64,000 nt of DNA from Candidatus Palauibacter irciniicola (GTDB taxonomy: Bacteria; Gemmatimonadota; Gemmatimonadetes; Palauibacterales; Palauibacteraceae), in assembly GCA_009836005.1 (NCBI GenBank), contig VXWG01000088.1:17169-81168 (forward strand), in the 5' to 3' direction. Of the stretch, positions 52,628-62,289 are shown piece after piece; the stretch's first letter is position 1; each line of letters begins with the position of its first letter. A program made the position numbers and the translations under genes. The notes below the pieces were generated by a model. That model had not been told where the DNA came from, searched no databases, and saw nothing but the letters and a program-made list of their open reading frames with translations.

Positions 52628-54127
52628 ATGGACCTGCTGACGATCGCCGTCTTCGGCTACCCGCTCATCCTCATCGGGATCGGCGTGTGGCGCTCCAGGC
52701 AGATCAAGAGCCACGCGGACTTCATGGTGGCGGGCCGGAACGTGCCAGTGGCGCTCCTCGTGGGGACGCTCATCTGCACCTGGATCGGGTCGGGGTCGCT
52801 CTTCGGCGGGGCCGGGCTGGCCTACCGCACGGGGATCGCGGAGCTGTGGTTCTCCTTCGGCGCCTGGGTCGGCCTCCTCGTCGCCTTCTACCTCGCGCCC
52901 CGCGTGCGCTCGATCGCGAAGTACACCGTCCCGGACCTGCTCGAACAGCGCTACAACGCGGCGGCGCGCATCCTCGGCACGGTCGCGATCATCCTCGCCT
53001 ACGTCACGATCGCCGCATATCAGTTCCGGGGCGGCGGCTGGATCCTGAGCATCGTCACCGACGGCGCGATCTCTCCCACGACAGGGATGATCATCACCTG
53101 CGTCACGATCGTGGCGTTCACGGCGCTCGCCGGAATGGTGTCCATCGTCTCCGTCGATCTCCTGAACGGGATCATCATCACCCTCGGCATCGTCATCGGC
53201 CTCCCGTATCTCGTGTTCTCGAACGGCGGGGTCGGCGAGATCGCGGCCGCACTGCCGGAGCAGCATCTCACGGTGCTCGGGGGACACAACGTGCTCTGGG
53301 TCATCGGCGTCGCGATGCCCACCTTCCTGCTCATCCTGGGCGAGAGCGGGATGTACCAGAAGTTCTTCTCGGCAAAGGACGCGGGGTCGGCCAAGAAGGC
53401 CGTGGTCGGCATGTTCCTCGGCGTCGTCTTCATCGAGACGACGCTGGCCCTGATCGCGATCGTGGGCCGCGCCGTCTTCCCGGAACTCGCGGACCCGGAG
53501 CAGGTGTCGCTGGTCGGCCGCGCCGCGTCGGAGACGATCATCCTTCACATCGCCGCTAACGGCCTGCCGATCGTCGGGGGCGCGATCCTCCTCGCCGCGG
53601 CGGTCGCCATCGTGCTCTCGACGGGCAACACGTTTCTGCTCGTGCCCTCGACGAACGTGAGCCGGGACCTCTACGAACGCTTCGTGGATCCGGACGCGAG
53701 CGAGGGGCGGAAGCTGGCGTTGCAGCGCCTCTGCGTCGTCCTGTTCGGCGGGCTGGGCCTCGTGTTGCTGACGCAGTTCGATACCGTGCTCGCGATGGCG
53801 CTCTACGCCTACTCGCTCGTCGGGGCGAGCCTCACGCCGGCGCTCCTCGCGGCCTTCCTCTGGCGCCGCGTGACGCCGCAGGGAGGGGTGGCGTGTATCG
53901 CGGGCGGACTCGGGAGCATCGTGGGGATCGCGCTCCTGTCCCGGTTCGGGGTGAACTTCACCGCCACGATCGGGGGGACCGCGTTCGACTTCGCCTCCAG
54001 CGACTACATCGTGATCCCCGGCGTCCTCATCTCGCTCGGACTGCTGATCGTCGTGAGCCTCCTCACGCCGCCCTCGCCCGAGGAGAAGTGGCGGCCCTTC
54101 TTCCAGGAGAATCCCGAGAAGCTCTGA
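52628..54127 (+). CDS. sodium:solute symporter family transporter
   Basis: SSF signature region and 13 TM segments. The start lies 4 nt after the pspA stop. Confidence 0.85.
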   Translation: MDLLTIAVFGYPLILIGIGVWRSRQIKSHADFMVAGRNVPVALLVGTLICTWIGSGSLFGGAGLAYRTGIAELWFSFGAWVGLLVAFYLAPRVRSIAKYTVPDLLEQRYNAAARILGTVAIILAYVTIAAYQFRGGGWILSIVTDGAISPTTGMIITCVTIVAFTALAGMVSIVSVDLLNGIIITLGIVIGLPYLVFSNGGVGEIAAALPEQHLTVLGGHNVLWVIGVAMPTFLLILGESGMYQKFFSAKDAGSAKKAVVGMFLGVVFIETTLALIAIVGRAVFPELADPEQVSLVGRAASETIILHIAANGLPIVGGAILLAAAVAIVLSTGNTFLLVPSTNVSRDLYERFVDPDASEGRKLALQRLCVVLFGGLGLVLLTQFDTVLAMALYAYSLVGASLTPALLAAFLWRRVTPQGGVACIAGGLGSIVGIALLSRFGVNFTATIGGTAFDFASSDYIVIPGVLISLGLLIVVSLLTPPSPEEKWRPFFQENPEKL

Positions 54128-54149
54128 GCGGCGGGCCCGGCTTCGGAGG

Positions 54150-55214
54150 TCAGCTCAGGACGTCGCGCAGTTCGTCGAAGCTGGACCGAGGTCCGAGCAC
54201 CACGAGATCGTCGCCGGCCCGCAGCTTCTCCTGCGACCCCGGGTTGTAGACGAACCCCTCCGCGTCATCGCCCGCTTCGCGTCCGCGCCGGATCGCGACG
54301 ACGAGCAGGCCGGTTCTGGCCTGGATCTTCGCCTCGGCTAGGGTGAGTCCCGCGACCTCGGAGGACTCCGGCACGGACACCTGCTCCAGAAGAAGGCCCA
54401 TGCCGCCGGCGTCGCCGGGGGTGTCGAAGTCGACGAAGAGCGTGAGGTCGGGCCGCAGGACGAGCGAGGCCATCTGGATGCCGCCCGTCGAGTTGGGGGA
54501 GACGACGCGGTCGGCGCCGGCCTTCTTGAGCTTGCTCACCGCATCCTCGGAACGCGCCCGCCCCACGATCGTCAAGTCCGGGTTCAGTTCGCGCGCCGCC
54601 AGACACACGAATGCGTTGTCGGTGTCCGCGCTCAGCGAGGCGATGAGCCCGCGCGCCCGCTCGATCCCCGCCGCCACGAGCGCGTCGTCAGCGGTCGCAT
54701 CCCCTTCGATGACCAGCGCGTCGGGGTCGATCCGGCGTGCCTCCTCGATCTGCGCGGGGTCGCGTTCGATGGCGACGTACGGGGTCCCGCGCGTGGCGAG
54801 CCTCTTCAGCGCAGCCAGGCCGGTGCGGCCCGCCCCGCACAGGATCACGTGGTCCCTGCGGCGGTCGATCCTGTTCATCGTTCTTCGTCTCTTGAGTGAC
54901 TGGGTCAGGTCCATCTCGACGAGCGTGGCGGTGATGAGGGCGAACCAGATCGCGAGCGTGACGATGCCGCCCGCGATCATGAAGCTCGCGAAGATGCGGC
55001 CGCCGTCCGTGAGCGTCCGGATTTCGCCGTATCCGACCGCCGAGACCGTGATCACGGTCATGAAGAACGCGTCGGACAGGTTGTATTCGGGCATGAGGGC
55101 GAAGCCGATCGTCCCGATGAGCGTGAGACTCACCGTGAAGACGACGGCCCCGAGGAGGCGGCCTTCGAACCGGCTGAAGTCGAACAGGCGCCGCACGAGG
55201 CCCATCCGACTCAT
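54150..55214 (-). CDS. potassium channel with RCK/TrkA-N domain
   Basis: Two TM segments, a P-loop with the SAVGYGE selectivity filter, and an RCK domain with GAGRTG. ATG overlaps the upstream stop as ATGA. Confidence 0.75.
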   Translation of the reverse strand: MSRMGLVRRLFDFSRFEGRLLGAVVFTVSLTLIGTIGFALMPEYNLSDAFFMTVITVSAVGYGEIRTLTDGGRIFASFMIAGGIVTLAIWFALITATLVEMDLTQSLKRRRTMNRIDRRRDHVILCGAGRTGLAALKRLATRGTPYVAIERDPAQIEEARRIDPDALVIEGDATADDALVAAGIERARGLIASLSADTDNAFVCLAARELNPDLTIVGRARSEDAVSKLKKAGADRVVSPNSTGGIQMASLVLRPDLTLFVDFDTPGDAGGMGLLLEQVSVPESSEVAGLTLAEAKIQARTGLLVVAIRRGREAGDDAEGFVYNPGSQEKLRAGDDLVVLGPRSSFDELRDVLS

Positions 55215-56923
55215 CGCGCCCCGCGATCCAGGCGCGCGACGACCTGGCGCCCCTTGATGCGGCTGCCGTCGAGGCCGCGGACTACGGCGTCGGCGGCCAG
55301 CGAATCGACATCGACGAGGGTGAAGTTCTGCCGGATGTCAATGCGTCCGATCTGTCCGCCCGCAACGGAGGTTTCGCCGGTGATCGCGCCGACGAGGTCC
55401 CCGGGGCCCGCGCCGTCGCGCTTGCCGACGCCGACGAAGACCTTGGTCCACGTGGGGCGAGTCGCGCGCCGGGCGCTCCTGTCGGGCGGCGCGGCCGCGG
55501 TGTCGCCGGACGGTGCGTCGCCGGGTGCGGCCTCCCGGGCCCCGGCAGCCGGCCGGTCCGCCGCCCGGAGGAGTCCGGCGAGGGCGGCCGCCACGCGCGC
55601 GGCGCCGTGCTCCTGGATGAGCGGGGCGAGGAGGAGCGCGCCGGCCGCGAGATCCTGCTGCTCGAGCGCGTCGGCGACGCGGGCGCGGAAGGCGGCCACG
55701 TCGTCCAGGAGCGCGGGGTCGGCGCGGTCGGCCAGAGGGGCGGCCCGCAGCCGGGCCCGCAACGCCGTCAGCTCGAGCTGCCGTTCGTGCAGCGAGTCGA
55801 CGATGGCGTAGCAGCGTTCGGCGGCGGCCGCGCGGGCGAGGGGTTCCGGCGTCGGCGGAAGTTCGAACGCGACGGCATGGGCGGCGGGGTCGACCTCGCC
55901 CCACGCCCCGACCCGCACCGCCGCGCCGCTGTCGGCCTCGTCCGCGCCGGCTTCCTCGGACCCGGCGACGCGCAGCCCGGCCAGCGAGAGCGCGGTGCTC
56001 ACATCCGCGACCGCGTCGGGGGCCGTCTCGACGCTGACGGCGGCCGCCGCGTCGGCTCGCGTGAGGTCGCGAAGCAACTCGGCCAGGCGGGCCAGCCGGC
56101 CCTCGCGCGTCGCCCGGCTCGCGACCGCGATCGCAATGCCCGTCGCGCCGCCCGCCTCCGACTCCCCGGCCCGCGGCTCGGCGAACAGTTCGTTCGGCCA
56201 CCGGCGCGCGCGCGGGAGCCAGCGCTCGATCAGCTCGTCGAACCCCGCATCCCGGGCGTGGGTCGTCGCGATCCGACGGGCCCCGTCGCCCGAGGCCTGC
56301 ACCACGGCCTCGACGGCCGCCCGCGCCGGCTCGAGCGCACGCACGTCATCGAGGACCAGGGTGCACAGCGCCGCGGCCGGGATGTCGCCCCTTCGCACGC
56401 CCTCCAGCAGGACGGCCGGAGGCCCGACGAGGATCGGCGCCCGCGCCACCGCCCCGCCCGCGGCGCCCGGCGCGACGACGACCTCGTACCCGGCGGCCCG
56501 GGCGGCGGCATGCATGCCCGCCGCGCAGCGCCGCGCGCGGTCCCCGGTGGCCGTGAGCACGAACGCGCGCGCCCCCGCCTCGCCGGCGGCAAGATCCCGC
56601 ACGGCGGCGGCCGCGTAGAGCGGCGCGAGGCCCGCCCCCTCGGCGGCGATGAGTGCGAGGTGGCGCCCCCGCTCGATCGCGCCCGAAAGGGGCTCGAGCG
56701 CCTCCGGCTGCGGTGGGGCCGTTCCCGCCGCGGGCTCCGACTGGTCCTGGTTCAAGCGTGGGATCCCGAAGAATGAATTGGACAAGGGGTCGTGCGCGGG
56801 CCTTCGCCCAGCGGCAGGAAGGTACGCAAGCCGTCCGCCCGTCCAAAGTGGACCCGTCCGCCGGGGTCCCGCGCAGGTCCCGTTACGTTGACGGCGGCTC
56901 CAAGGCGCGTCTAACGTCACCAC
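55211..56923 (-). CDS. DEAD-box-helicase-like protein with degenerate catalytic motifs and a C-terminal DbpA RNA-binding domain
   Basis: The C-terminal 75 aa match the DbpA/YxiN RBD ([26 protein letters not shown]...IGRIDI...VD). The N-terminal part keeps DEAD-box spacing, but Walker A is replaced by [12 protein letters not shown] by LDDVR and SAT by ATT. The start is uncertain: the track gives GTG at 56923. A TTG near 56752 is also possible. Confidence 0.55.
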   Translation of the reverse strand: MVTLDAPWSRRQRNGTCAGPRRTGPLWTGGRLAYLPAAGRRPAHDPLSNSFFGIPRLNQDQSEPAAGTAPPQPEALEPLSGAIERGRHLALIAAEGAGLAPLYAAAAVRDLAAGEAGARAFVLTATGDRARRCAAGMHAAARAAGYEVVVAPGAAGGAVARAPILVGPPAVLLEGVRRGDIPAAALCTLVLDDVRALEPARAAVEAVVQASGDGARRIATTHARDAGFDELIERWLPRARRWPNELFAEPRAGESEAGGATGIAIAVASRATREGRLARLAELLRDLTRADAAAAVSVETAPDAVADVSTALSLAGLRVAGSEEAGADEADSGAAVRVGAWGEVDPAAHAVAFELPPTPEPLARAAAAERCYAIVDSLHERQLELTALRARLRAAPLADRADPALLDDVAAFRARVADALEQQDLAAGALLLAPLIQEHGAARVAAALAGLLRAADRPAAGAREAAPGDAPSGDTAAAPPDRSARRATRPTWTKVFVGVGKRDGAGPGDLVGAITGETSVAGGQIGRIDIRQNFTLVDVDSLAADAVVRGLDGSRIKGRQVVARLDRGAR

Positions 56924-56975
56924 CGGCTCGCCGCGGCCGTCCGGCGCGCCCTCCCCCGATGACCTCCGGTACGAG

Positions 56976-58328
56976 GTGACAGCAATTTCCGCAGTCGGAA
57001 CCCTGGAGGCGATTCAAGCCTGGGTGTGGGGCGTCCCCCTCATCATCCTCCTCCTCACCACCGGCCTCGTCTACACGCTGCTGCTGCGGGGCCTCCAGTT
57101 CCGCCGGCTGGGGCACGCCCTCTGGCTGGCGCTCGTCAAGCGCCGCGAACCGGGGGGCGAGGGCGACATCTCGCACTTCCAGGCGCTCATGACCGCGCTG
57201 GCCGCAACGGTCGGCACGGGGAACATCGTGGGCGTCGCGACGGCCATCGGCGCGGGCGGCCCGGGCGCGCTCTTCTGGATGTGGGTGACGGGACTCCTCG
57301 GGATGGCGACGAAGTACGCGGAAGCGGTGCTCGGCGTCCGCTACCGGGAGACCGATGCCCGGGGGGAGAAGGCGGGCGGCCCCATGTATTACCTGGAGCA
57401 CGGTCTCGGACGGGGCAGCCTCGGCCGGGGCCTCGCGATCGCCTTCGCGCTCTTCGCGACCCTCGCGGCCTTCGGCATCGGCAACGGCGTCCAGTCGCAG
57501 GCCGTCGCGGACGCGATGAACGAGTCGTTTCACGTGCCGCACTGGGTCATGGGGCTCGTCACGGCGGCGGCCGTGGGCCTCGTCATCATCGGGGGGATCC
57601 GGTCCATCGGACGGGTGGCGAGCGTCATCGTGCCCGCGATGATCGTCCTCTACATGGGCGTCGCCGCCATCGTCCTCATCTCCAACGCGGCGCAGATCCC
57701 GGCGGCGTTCCGGCTCGTGTTCGAGCACGCGTTCGGGGGGCAGGCGGTGGCGGGCGGGGCCCTCGGCTATACCGTACTACAGGCGATGCGCTTCGGGGTC
57801 GCGCGCGGGATCTTCTCGAACGAATCCGGGCTGGGCACGGGCGCGATCGCCGCCGCCGCGGCGCAGACGCGCGAGCCGGTGCGGCAGGCCCTCGTCTCCA
57901 TGACGCAGACGTTCATCGACACCATCGTCGTCTGCACCCTGACGGGACTCGCGATCCTCACGACGGGTGCGTGGCAGTCGGGGGCCGAGGGCGCGAACAT
58001 GACGCAACTGGCCTTCGATACGAGCCTCCTCGCGGGCGCGGGGGACATCATCGTCGCCCTCGGCCTCGCGACCTTCGCCTTCAGCACGATGCTCGGGTGG
58101 TCCTACTACGGAGAGCGAAGCTTCGCTTACCTGTTCGGCGAACGCGTAATCCGTCCCTACCGTCTGGTGTTCGTGCTCGTCGTCGGTCTCGCCGCGGTCG
58201 TCGAACTCGATGTCGTGTGGCTCATCTCCGACATCCTCAACGGCCTCATGGCCGCCCCCAACCTGGTGGGACTCCTGCTCCTGTCAGGCCTCGTGTGGCG
58301 GGAGACGCGGAGCTACTTCAGCCGCTAG
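56976..58328 (+). CDS. alanine/glycine:cation symporter (AGCS) family transporter
   Basis: Family-wide similarity ([12 protein letters not shown]...). GTG start. Confidence 0.85.
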   Translation: MTAISAVGTLEAIQAWVWGVPLIILLLTTGLVYTLLLRGLQFRRLGHALWLALVKRREPGGEGDISHFQALMTALAATVGTGNIVGVATAIGAGGPGALFWMWVTGLLGMATKYAEAVLGVRYRETDARGEKAGGPMYYLEHGLGRGSLGRGLAIAFALFATLAAFGIGNGVQSQAVADAMNESFHVPHWVMGLVTAAAVGLVIIGGIRSIGRVASVIVPAMIVLYMGVAAIVLISNAAQIPAAFRLVFEHAFGGQAVAGGALGYTVLQAMRFGVARGIFSNESGLGTGAIAAAAAQTREPVRQALVSMTQTFIDTIVVCTLTGLAILTTGAWQSGAEGANMTQLAFDTSLLAGAGDIIVALGLATFAFSTMLGWSYYGERSFAYLFGERVIRPYRLVFVLVVGLAAVVELDVVWLISDILNGLMAAPNLVGLLLLSGLVWRETRSYFSR

Positions 58329-58350
58329 GTTTCTTCCACGGCCTGCCAGG

Positions 58351-59961
58351 TCAGTCGAAGTGGATCTGGCGGACTTCGTCGATCTCGTCGAGTGCGGTCA
58401 GGCCGCCGAGCACCTCGTGCGGAACTTCGCCGTCGATCCGCACGACGCCGAGGGAACGGCCTCCGCCGCGGCGGCGCGCGAGGTGGTATTCGGCGATATT
58501 CGCGTTCGCCTCGCCGAGCACGGTGCCCACCGCGCCGATCACGCCGGGCCGGTCCCGGTTGCGGATCAAGAGGCAGGTGCCGAGCGGCTGCGTGTCGACG
58601 CGGAACTTCCCCACGCGTACGATCCGCGGCTCCATCCGCGTACCCATCAGCGCGCCGCCCACGACGTCCGTCGTCCGCCGGCCGTACCGCACCCCGAGTT
58701 CGACATAGTTCGTGTAGTCCCCGACGGCCTGCGTGCGGACGCGCACGATCTCCAGACCGCGCTCGGCCGCGATCGACAGCGCGTTCACGACGTTGAGCGG
58801 CGGGTCGACCCGGCGTTCGAGAAAACCGACCGCAACGCTCGCCGCGAGGGGCCCGAGGACGCCATCGAGCGGCCCGCCGTAGCGGACCTCGATGCGGTGC
58901 GGGGCCTCGTCGTGGAGTCCGGCCAGCAGGCGGCCCAGACAGCGGCCGAGGTACATGATGGGTCCCGCTCCGTCGCGAACCTCGGCCTCGAACGGGGCGT
59001 TGAGCGCCGCGCTGAAGTCGTCCTCGATCAGCGCGTTGCGCACGGAGATGGCGATCTGCCGGGAGACCTGCCGCTGGGCTTCGAAGGTCGAGGCTCCGAG
59101 ATGGGGACTGCATACGAGTTGCGGCGCGTCGCGCAGCGGACTGTCGGCGGGGAGCGGCTCCGTCGCGAACACATCGAGTCCGGCCGCACCCAGGTGGCCG
59201 CTCCGCAGCGCGTCGGCCAGCGCGGCCTCGTCGATGAGTCCGCCCCGCGCCGCGTTGACCAGGATCGTACCCGGCCGCATGGCCGCCATCTCCTTGCGGC
59301 CGATGAACCCGCGGTTCTCGTCGGAGAGCGGGACGTGGACGGTGATCGCGTGGCACGCGGGCAGAAGCGCGTCGAAGTCGGCGAGTTCAACGCCCAGGTC
59401 GCTCGCCCGCTCGGCGCTCACGAACGGATCGTGGGCGATCACGCGCATCCCGAACGCCCGCGCGCGCCACACGACCTCCGCGCCGATCCGGCCGAGCCCG
59501 ATCACCCCCAGCGTCTTGCCGCTGAGCTGGATGCCCCGCAGTTCCTTGCGGCGCCACTCCCCCGCGCGGATGCTCGCGTCCGCCTCCGGAATCCGCCGGG
59601 CCGCGGCAAGGAGGAGCGCGAACGCCAACTCGGCGGTCGACTGGGTATTCGCGGCCGGAGCGTTCAGCACCGCGATCCCGCGCCGGGTCGCGGCGGGGAT
59701 GTCGATGTTGTCCACGCCGACGCCCGCGCGGCCGATGACCCGGAGGGTGTCGCCGGCTTCGATAAGCTCCGCATCCACCTTCGTGCGGCTGCGAACGATG
59801 AGCGCCGACGCGCCCGGCAGCGCGCGCAGGAGCCCCTCCCGATCCCCCTCGCTGTGGTCTTCGACGGCGATCCCCGGCGCGGCACGCAACGTCTCGATCC
59901 CCTCCGGGAGAAGGGGATCCGCGATGAGAAGGCGCTGGGCGTCTCCGGCAGAATCGCTCAC
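58351..59961 (-). CDS. serA: D-3-phosphoglycerate dehydrogenase
   Basis: 2-hydroxyacid dehydrogenase domains, GxGxxG, an ASB domain and a C-terminal ACT domain. Confidence 0.9.
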   Translation of the reverse strand: MSDSAGDAQRLLIADPLLPEGIETLRAAPGIAVEDHSEGDREGLLRALPGASALIVRSRTKVDAELIEAGDTLRVIGRAGVGVDNIDIPAATRRGIAVLNAPAANTQSTAELAFALLLAAARRIPEADASIRAGEWRRKELRGIQLSGKTLGVIGLGRIGAEVVWRARAFGMRVIAHDPFVSAERASDLGVELADFDALLPACHAITVHVPLSDENRGFIGRKEMAAMRPGTILVNAARGGLIDEAALADALRSGHLGAAGLDVFATEPLPADSPLRDAPQLVCSPHLGASTFEAQRQVSRQIAISVRNALIEDDFSAALNAPFEAEVRDGAGPIMYLGRCLGRLLAGLHDEAPHRIEVRYGGPLDGVLGPLAASVAVGFLERRVDPPLNVVNALSIAAERGLEIVRVRTQAVGDYTNYVELGVRYGRRTTDVVGGALMGTRMEPRIVRVGKFRVDTQPLGTCLLIRNRDRPGVIGAVGTVLGEANANIAEYHLARRRGGGRSLGVVRIDGEVPHEVLGGLTALDEIDEVRQIHFD

Positions 59962-59996
59962 GGCGTCTCGCTCACGGCACGTGGCTAGTGTTCAGA

Positions 59997-61097
59997 TCAC
60001 AGAACTTCGTCGAGGACGGCCAGGAGCGCCTCCAGCTCGTCGAGCGTATGCTCGCCCATGTGTCCGATCCGGAACGACGACTGTTTCAGGGCCCCGTACC
60101 CCGCCGCCACGGTGTACCCATGCGCCAGCGCGCGCGAGACGACCTCGGGACCGGTCAGACCCTCCGGAAGCATGATGACGGTTACGCAGGGCGAACGGTA
60201 GCCTTCCGGCGCGAGCACGCGCCACGGCTGGCCCGTTCGCGCGGCCGTCCGGTCCACCCACTCGTACGTCCGCCGGGCCATGGCATCGTGACGCCCCCAG
60301 CGCGCCTCCAGCCCTTCCTCCATCATCCGGTTCAACTGCCGGTCGAGAGCGAAGAGGAGCGAGACAGCCGGGGTATTCGGCGTCTGCCAGCGCTCGAGGT
60401 TCTTCTCGAACTTGAGGATGTCGAAGTAGAAGCCCCGGTGTTCGACCTCCTCCGCGCGGGCAAGCGCCCGCTCGGACGCGACGGCCAGCGCGAGGCCCGG
60501 CGGCAGCGCCACCGCCTTCTGCGACCCCGTGAGAACGAAGTCCAGTCCCCACTCGTCGGTCTCCACCGGCGCCCCGGCCAGGGATGAGACCGTATCGACG
60601 GCGATCAGCACGTCGTCGAACTCGTGGACGACGGCGGCGAGTTCCTCCAGCGGATTGAGGACGCCGGTCGAACTCTCCGAGTGGACGACCGTGACGAGGT
60701 CGTACCGGCCGGGCGCCGCGGCGAGCGCGTCGCGCAGCCTCTCCGGCAGGTTCGGCTCGCCCCACTCCGCCTCGAGCGCGTCCGCGGGACGCCCCGTCGC
60801 TTCGGCGATCGCGTGGAACCGCTTGCTGAACGACCCGTTCGTCAGACAGAGGACGCGGCGACGCGTGAGGTTCGTGATCGCCGCTTCCATCATGCCGGTG
60901 GCGGACGAGGTCGACAGATACACCGGCCGCGACGTCCGGAAGAGTCGCGACGCGGACGGCTGCATCGCTTCTATCAGGCCCGAGACCTCGGCGCTCCGGT
61001 GCCCGACGACGGGTCGCCGCATGGCGTCGAACAGATCCGGGGGGACTTCGGTCGGGCCGGGCAGAAAGAAGCGGCCGAACGAGATGGGCGGGTTCAT
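59997..61097 (-). CDS. class-V aminotransferase (phosphoserine / serine-glyoxylate aminotransferase-like)
   Basis: PLP lysine region SGSQKAV. Family similarity. Start taken at MNPPISF (61097). The track ORF extends to 61283. It lies 35 nt upstream of serA, which suggests serC-like function. Confidence 0.75.
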   Translation of the reverse strand: MNPPISFGRFFLPGPTEVPPDLFDAMRRPVVGHRSAEVSGLIEAMQPSASRLFRTSRPVYLSTSSATGMMEAAITNLTRRRVLCLTNGSFSKRFHAIAEATGRPADALEAEWGEPNLPERLRDALAAAPGRYDLVTVVHSESSTGVLNPLEELAAVVHEFDDVLIAVDTVSSLAGAPVETDEWGLDFVLTGSQKAVALPPGLALAVASERALARAEEVEHRGFYFDILKFEKNLERWQTPNTPAVSLLFALDRQLNRMMEEGLEARWGRHDAMARRTYEWVDRTAARTGQPWRVLAPEGYRSPCVTVIMLPEGLTGPEVVSRALAHGYTVAAGYGALKQSSFRIGHMGEHTLDELEALLAVLDEVL

Positions 61098-61182
61098 GGC
61101 GGGAGATGGTATCGCCCCCGGGGGCATCTGGCCAATCGTTCGATCGAGGCTCGCGCCGTCCTCGGTTGACGGACCGCTGGAG

Positions 61183-61198
61183 GCGCAAGATCTTGCGC
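61183..61198. promoter_or_regulatory. perfect 16-bp palindrome GCGCAAGATCTTGCGC in a divergent promoter region
   Basis: Direct reading. It lies between the aminotransferase start (61097, -) and the small ORF at 61264 (+). Confidence 0.3.
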
Positions 61199-61263
61199 CG
61201 CGCTCGAGGACGTTCCGCTCCGCCGGAGCCGTCCCCGGACCCGCTGGCCGAACCGGAATCCAC

Positions 61264-61527
61264 ATGCGATACGTCACGATCACCGACCTGTCTCCGGAAG
61301 ATGTGCTCGACCGCGCGAAGCGCTTCTTCGGGGAGCACTCCGGGCTTCGGGTTCACGAGGAGACCGACGCATCCGTCACCTTCGCCGGGGAGATCGGTCT
61401 GGCCCGCTTCGCGGTCGACCGCGCGGGCGGCCACACGAACGTCCGCGTGGAGACGGACCGCGTCGTGGGCCTCGACGTGACCGACCTTGCGAAGCGTTTC
61501 CTCTACACCCTCCGCAACGTTCACTGA
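61264..61527 (+). CDS. hypothetical small protein (87 aa)
   Basis: 3' part of track ORF 60529..61527. ATG at 61264. No family recognised. Confidence 0.4.
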   Translation: MRYVTITDLSPEDVLDRAKRFFGEHSGLRVHEETDASVTFAGEIGLARFAVDRAGGHTNVRVETDRVVGLDVTDLAKRFLYTLRNVH

Positions 61528-61571
61528 GGGTGACCCGTGAAGCCGGCGCTGACACCGTCACCGGGAGCCGC

Positions 61572-61847
61572 ATGAACGCCATCACGGTTCGCCTCATCAT
61601 GCCCGACCGCTGGCTGGAGCACGTGGCCGAACTGCCGGCCGACACGACCGTGGCCGACGCCAAGGCCTTCGGCATCCGCGCCATGCTCCAGCGCTCCTCG
61701 GACGACCCCGGCGACTTCTACACCGAGTTCGCCGAGCGCCGCATCCGCGATGAGACGCGCACCCTCGCCGACATGGGGATCGGGTCGCGCGGCGTCCTCT
61801 CCATCCGCGCCTACGACCTCGGCCACTACCCCCCCTTCCGCGGCTAG
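61572..61847 (+). CDS. hypothetical small protein (91 aa)
   Basis: ATG at 61572 with GGGAG 4 nt upstream. The track starts it at GTG 61530. No family recognised. Confidence 0.4.
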   Translation: MNAITVRLIMPDRWLEHVAELPADTTVADAKAFGIRAMLQRSSDDPGDFYTEFAERRIRDETRTLADMGIGSRGVLSIRAYDLGHYPPFRG

Positions 61848-61915
61848 CGCACGCAATCCTGCCCCGGCAGCCCGGTTCGTGTTTCGAGTCATTCGCGTTT
61901 CCTGATGGTGCACGA

Positions 61916-61947
61916 TATCATGAATCATGATGTCTATTCATGATTCA
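61916..61947 (+). promoter_or_regulatory. putative vapB2 operator: tandem ATCATGA x2 plus inverted repeat TGAATCATGA-N7-TCATGATTCA spanning the start codon
   Basis: Direct reading. It lies within an AT-rich patch (about 61870..61950) in a 70% GC genome. Confidence 0.4.
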
Positions 61948-62289
61948 GAGCGTGATGTGGATCGGAAGCGTGACGTGGGGCGGGTGCGCGAGCCCGTCCA
62001 GGTCTACCTTGCGCCCTCCGAACGGAGGCGCTTGGAGCGGCTTCGGGACACCCTCGATACCACCAAGTCGGACGTTCTGAGGAAAGGTCTCGAGGCGCTG
62101 GAATCCCAACTCCTGGATCCGGATCTCCACCCGGCGCTCTCGATCGTTGGCCTCTTCCACGGGACGCCGCCGCGCGAGGGAGAACCGAGTCTGGATGTGG
62201 CGCGCGCTCACGATGAGGTTCTTGCCGACGCCGAGATCGACTCGTGGTCATCCGACCGGAGCGGTGAGTCCGGTGGCCGCTCGAAGTGA
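61927..62289 (+). CDS. vapB: ribbon-helix-helix antitoxin (VapB/CopG-like)
   Basis: RHH segment VQVYLAPSERRRLERLRDTLDTTKSDVLRKGLEAL. The stop overlaps the PIN gene start as GTGA. Confidence 0.7.
   Translation: MMSIHDSERDVDRKRDVGRVREPVQVYLAPSERRRLERLRDTLDTTKSDVLRKGLEALESQLLDPDLHPALSIVGLFHGTPPREGEPSLDVARAHDEVLADAEIDSWSSDRSGESGGRSK

Noticed and set aside
56700-56975. Possible glycine riboswitch upstream of the AGCS transporter
   Set aside because: I could not find the conserved GGAGAG or ACCGAAGGGGCAA aptamer elements in this region. Most of it is occupied by the upstream gene on the opposite strand.
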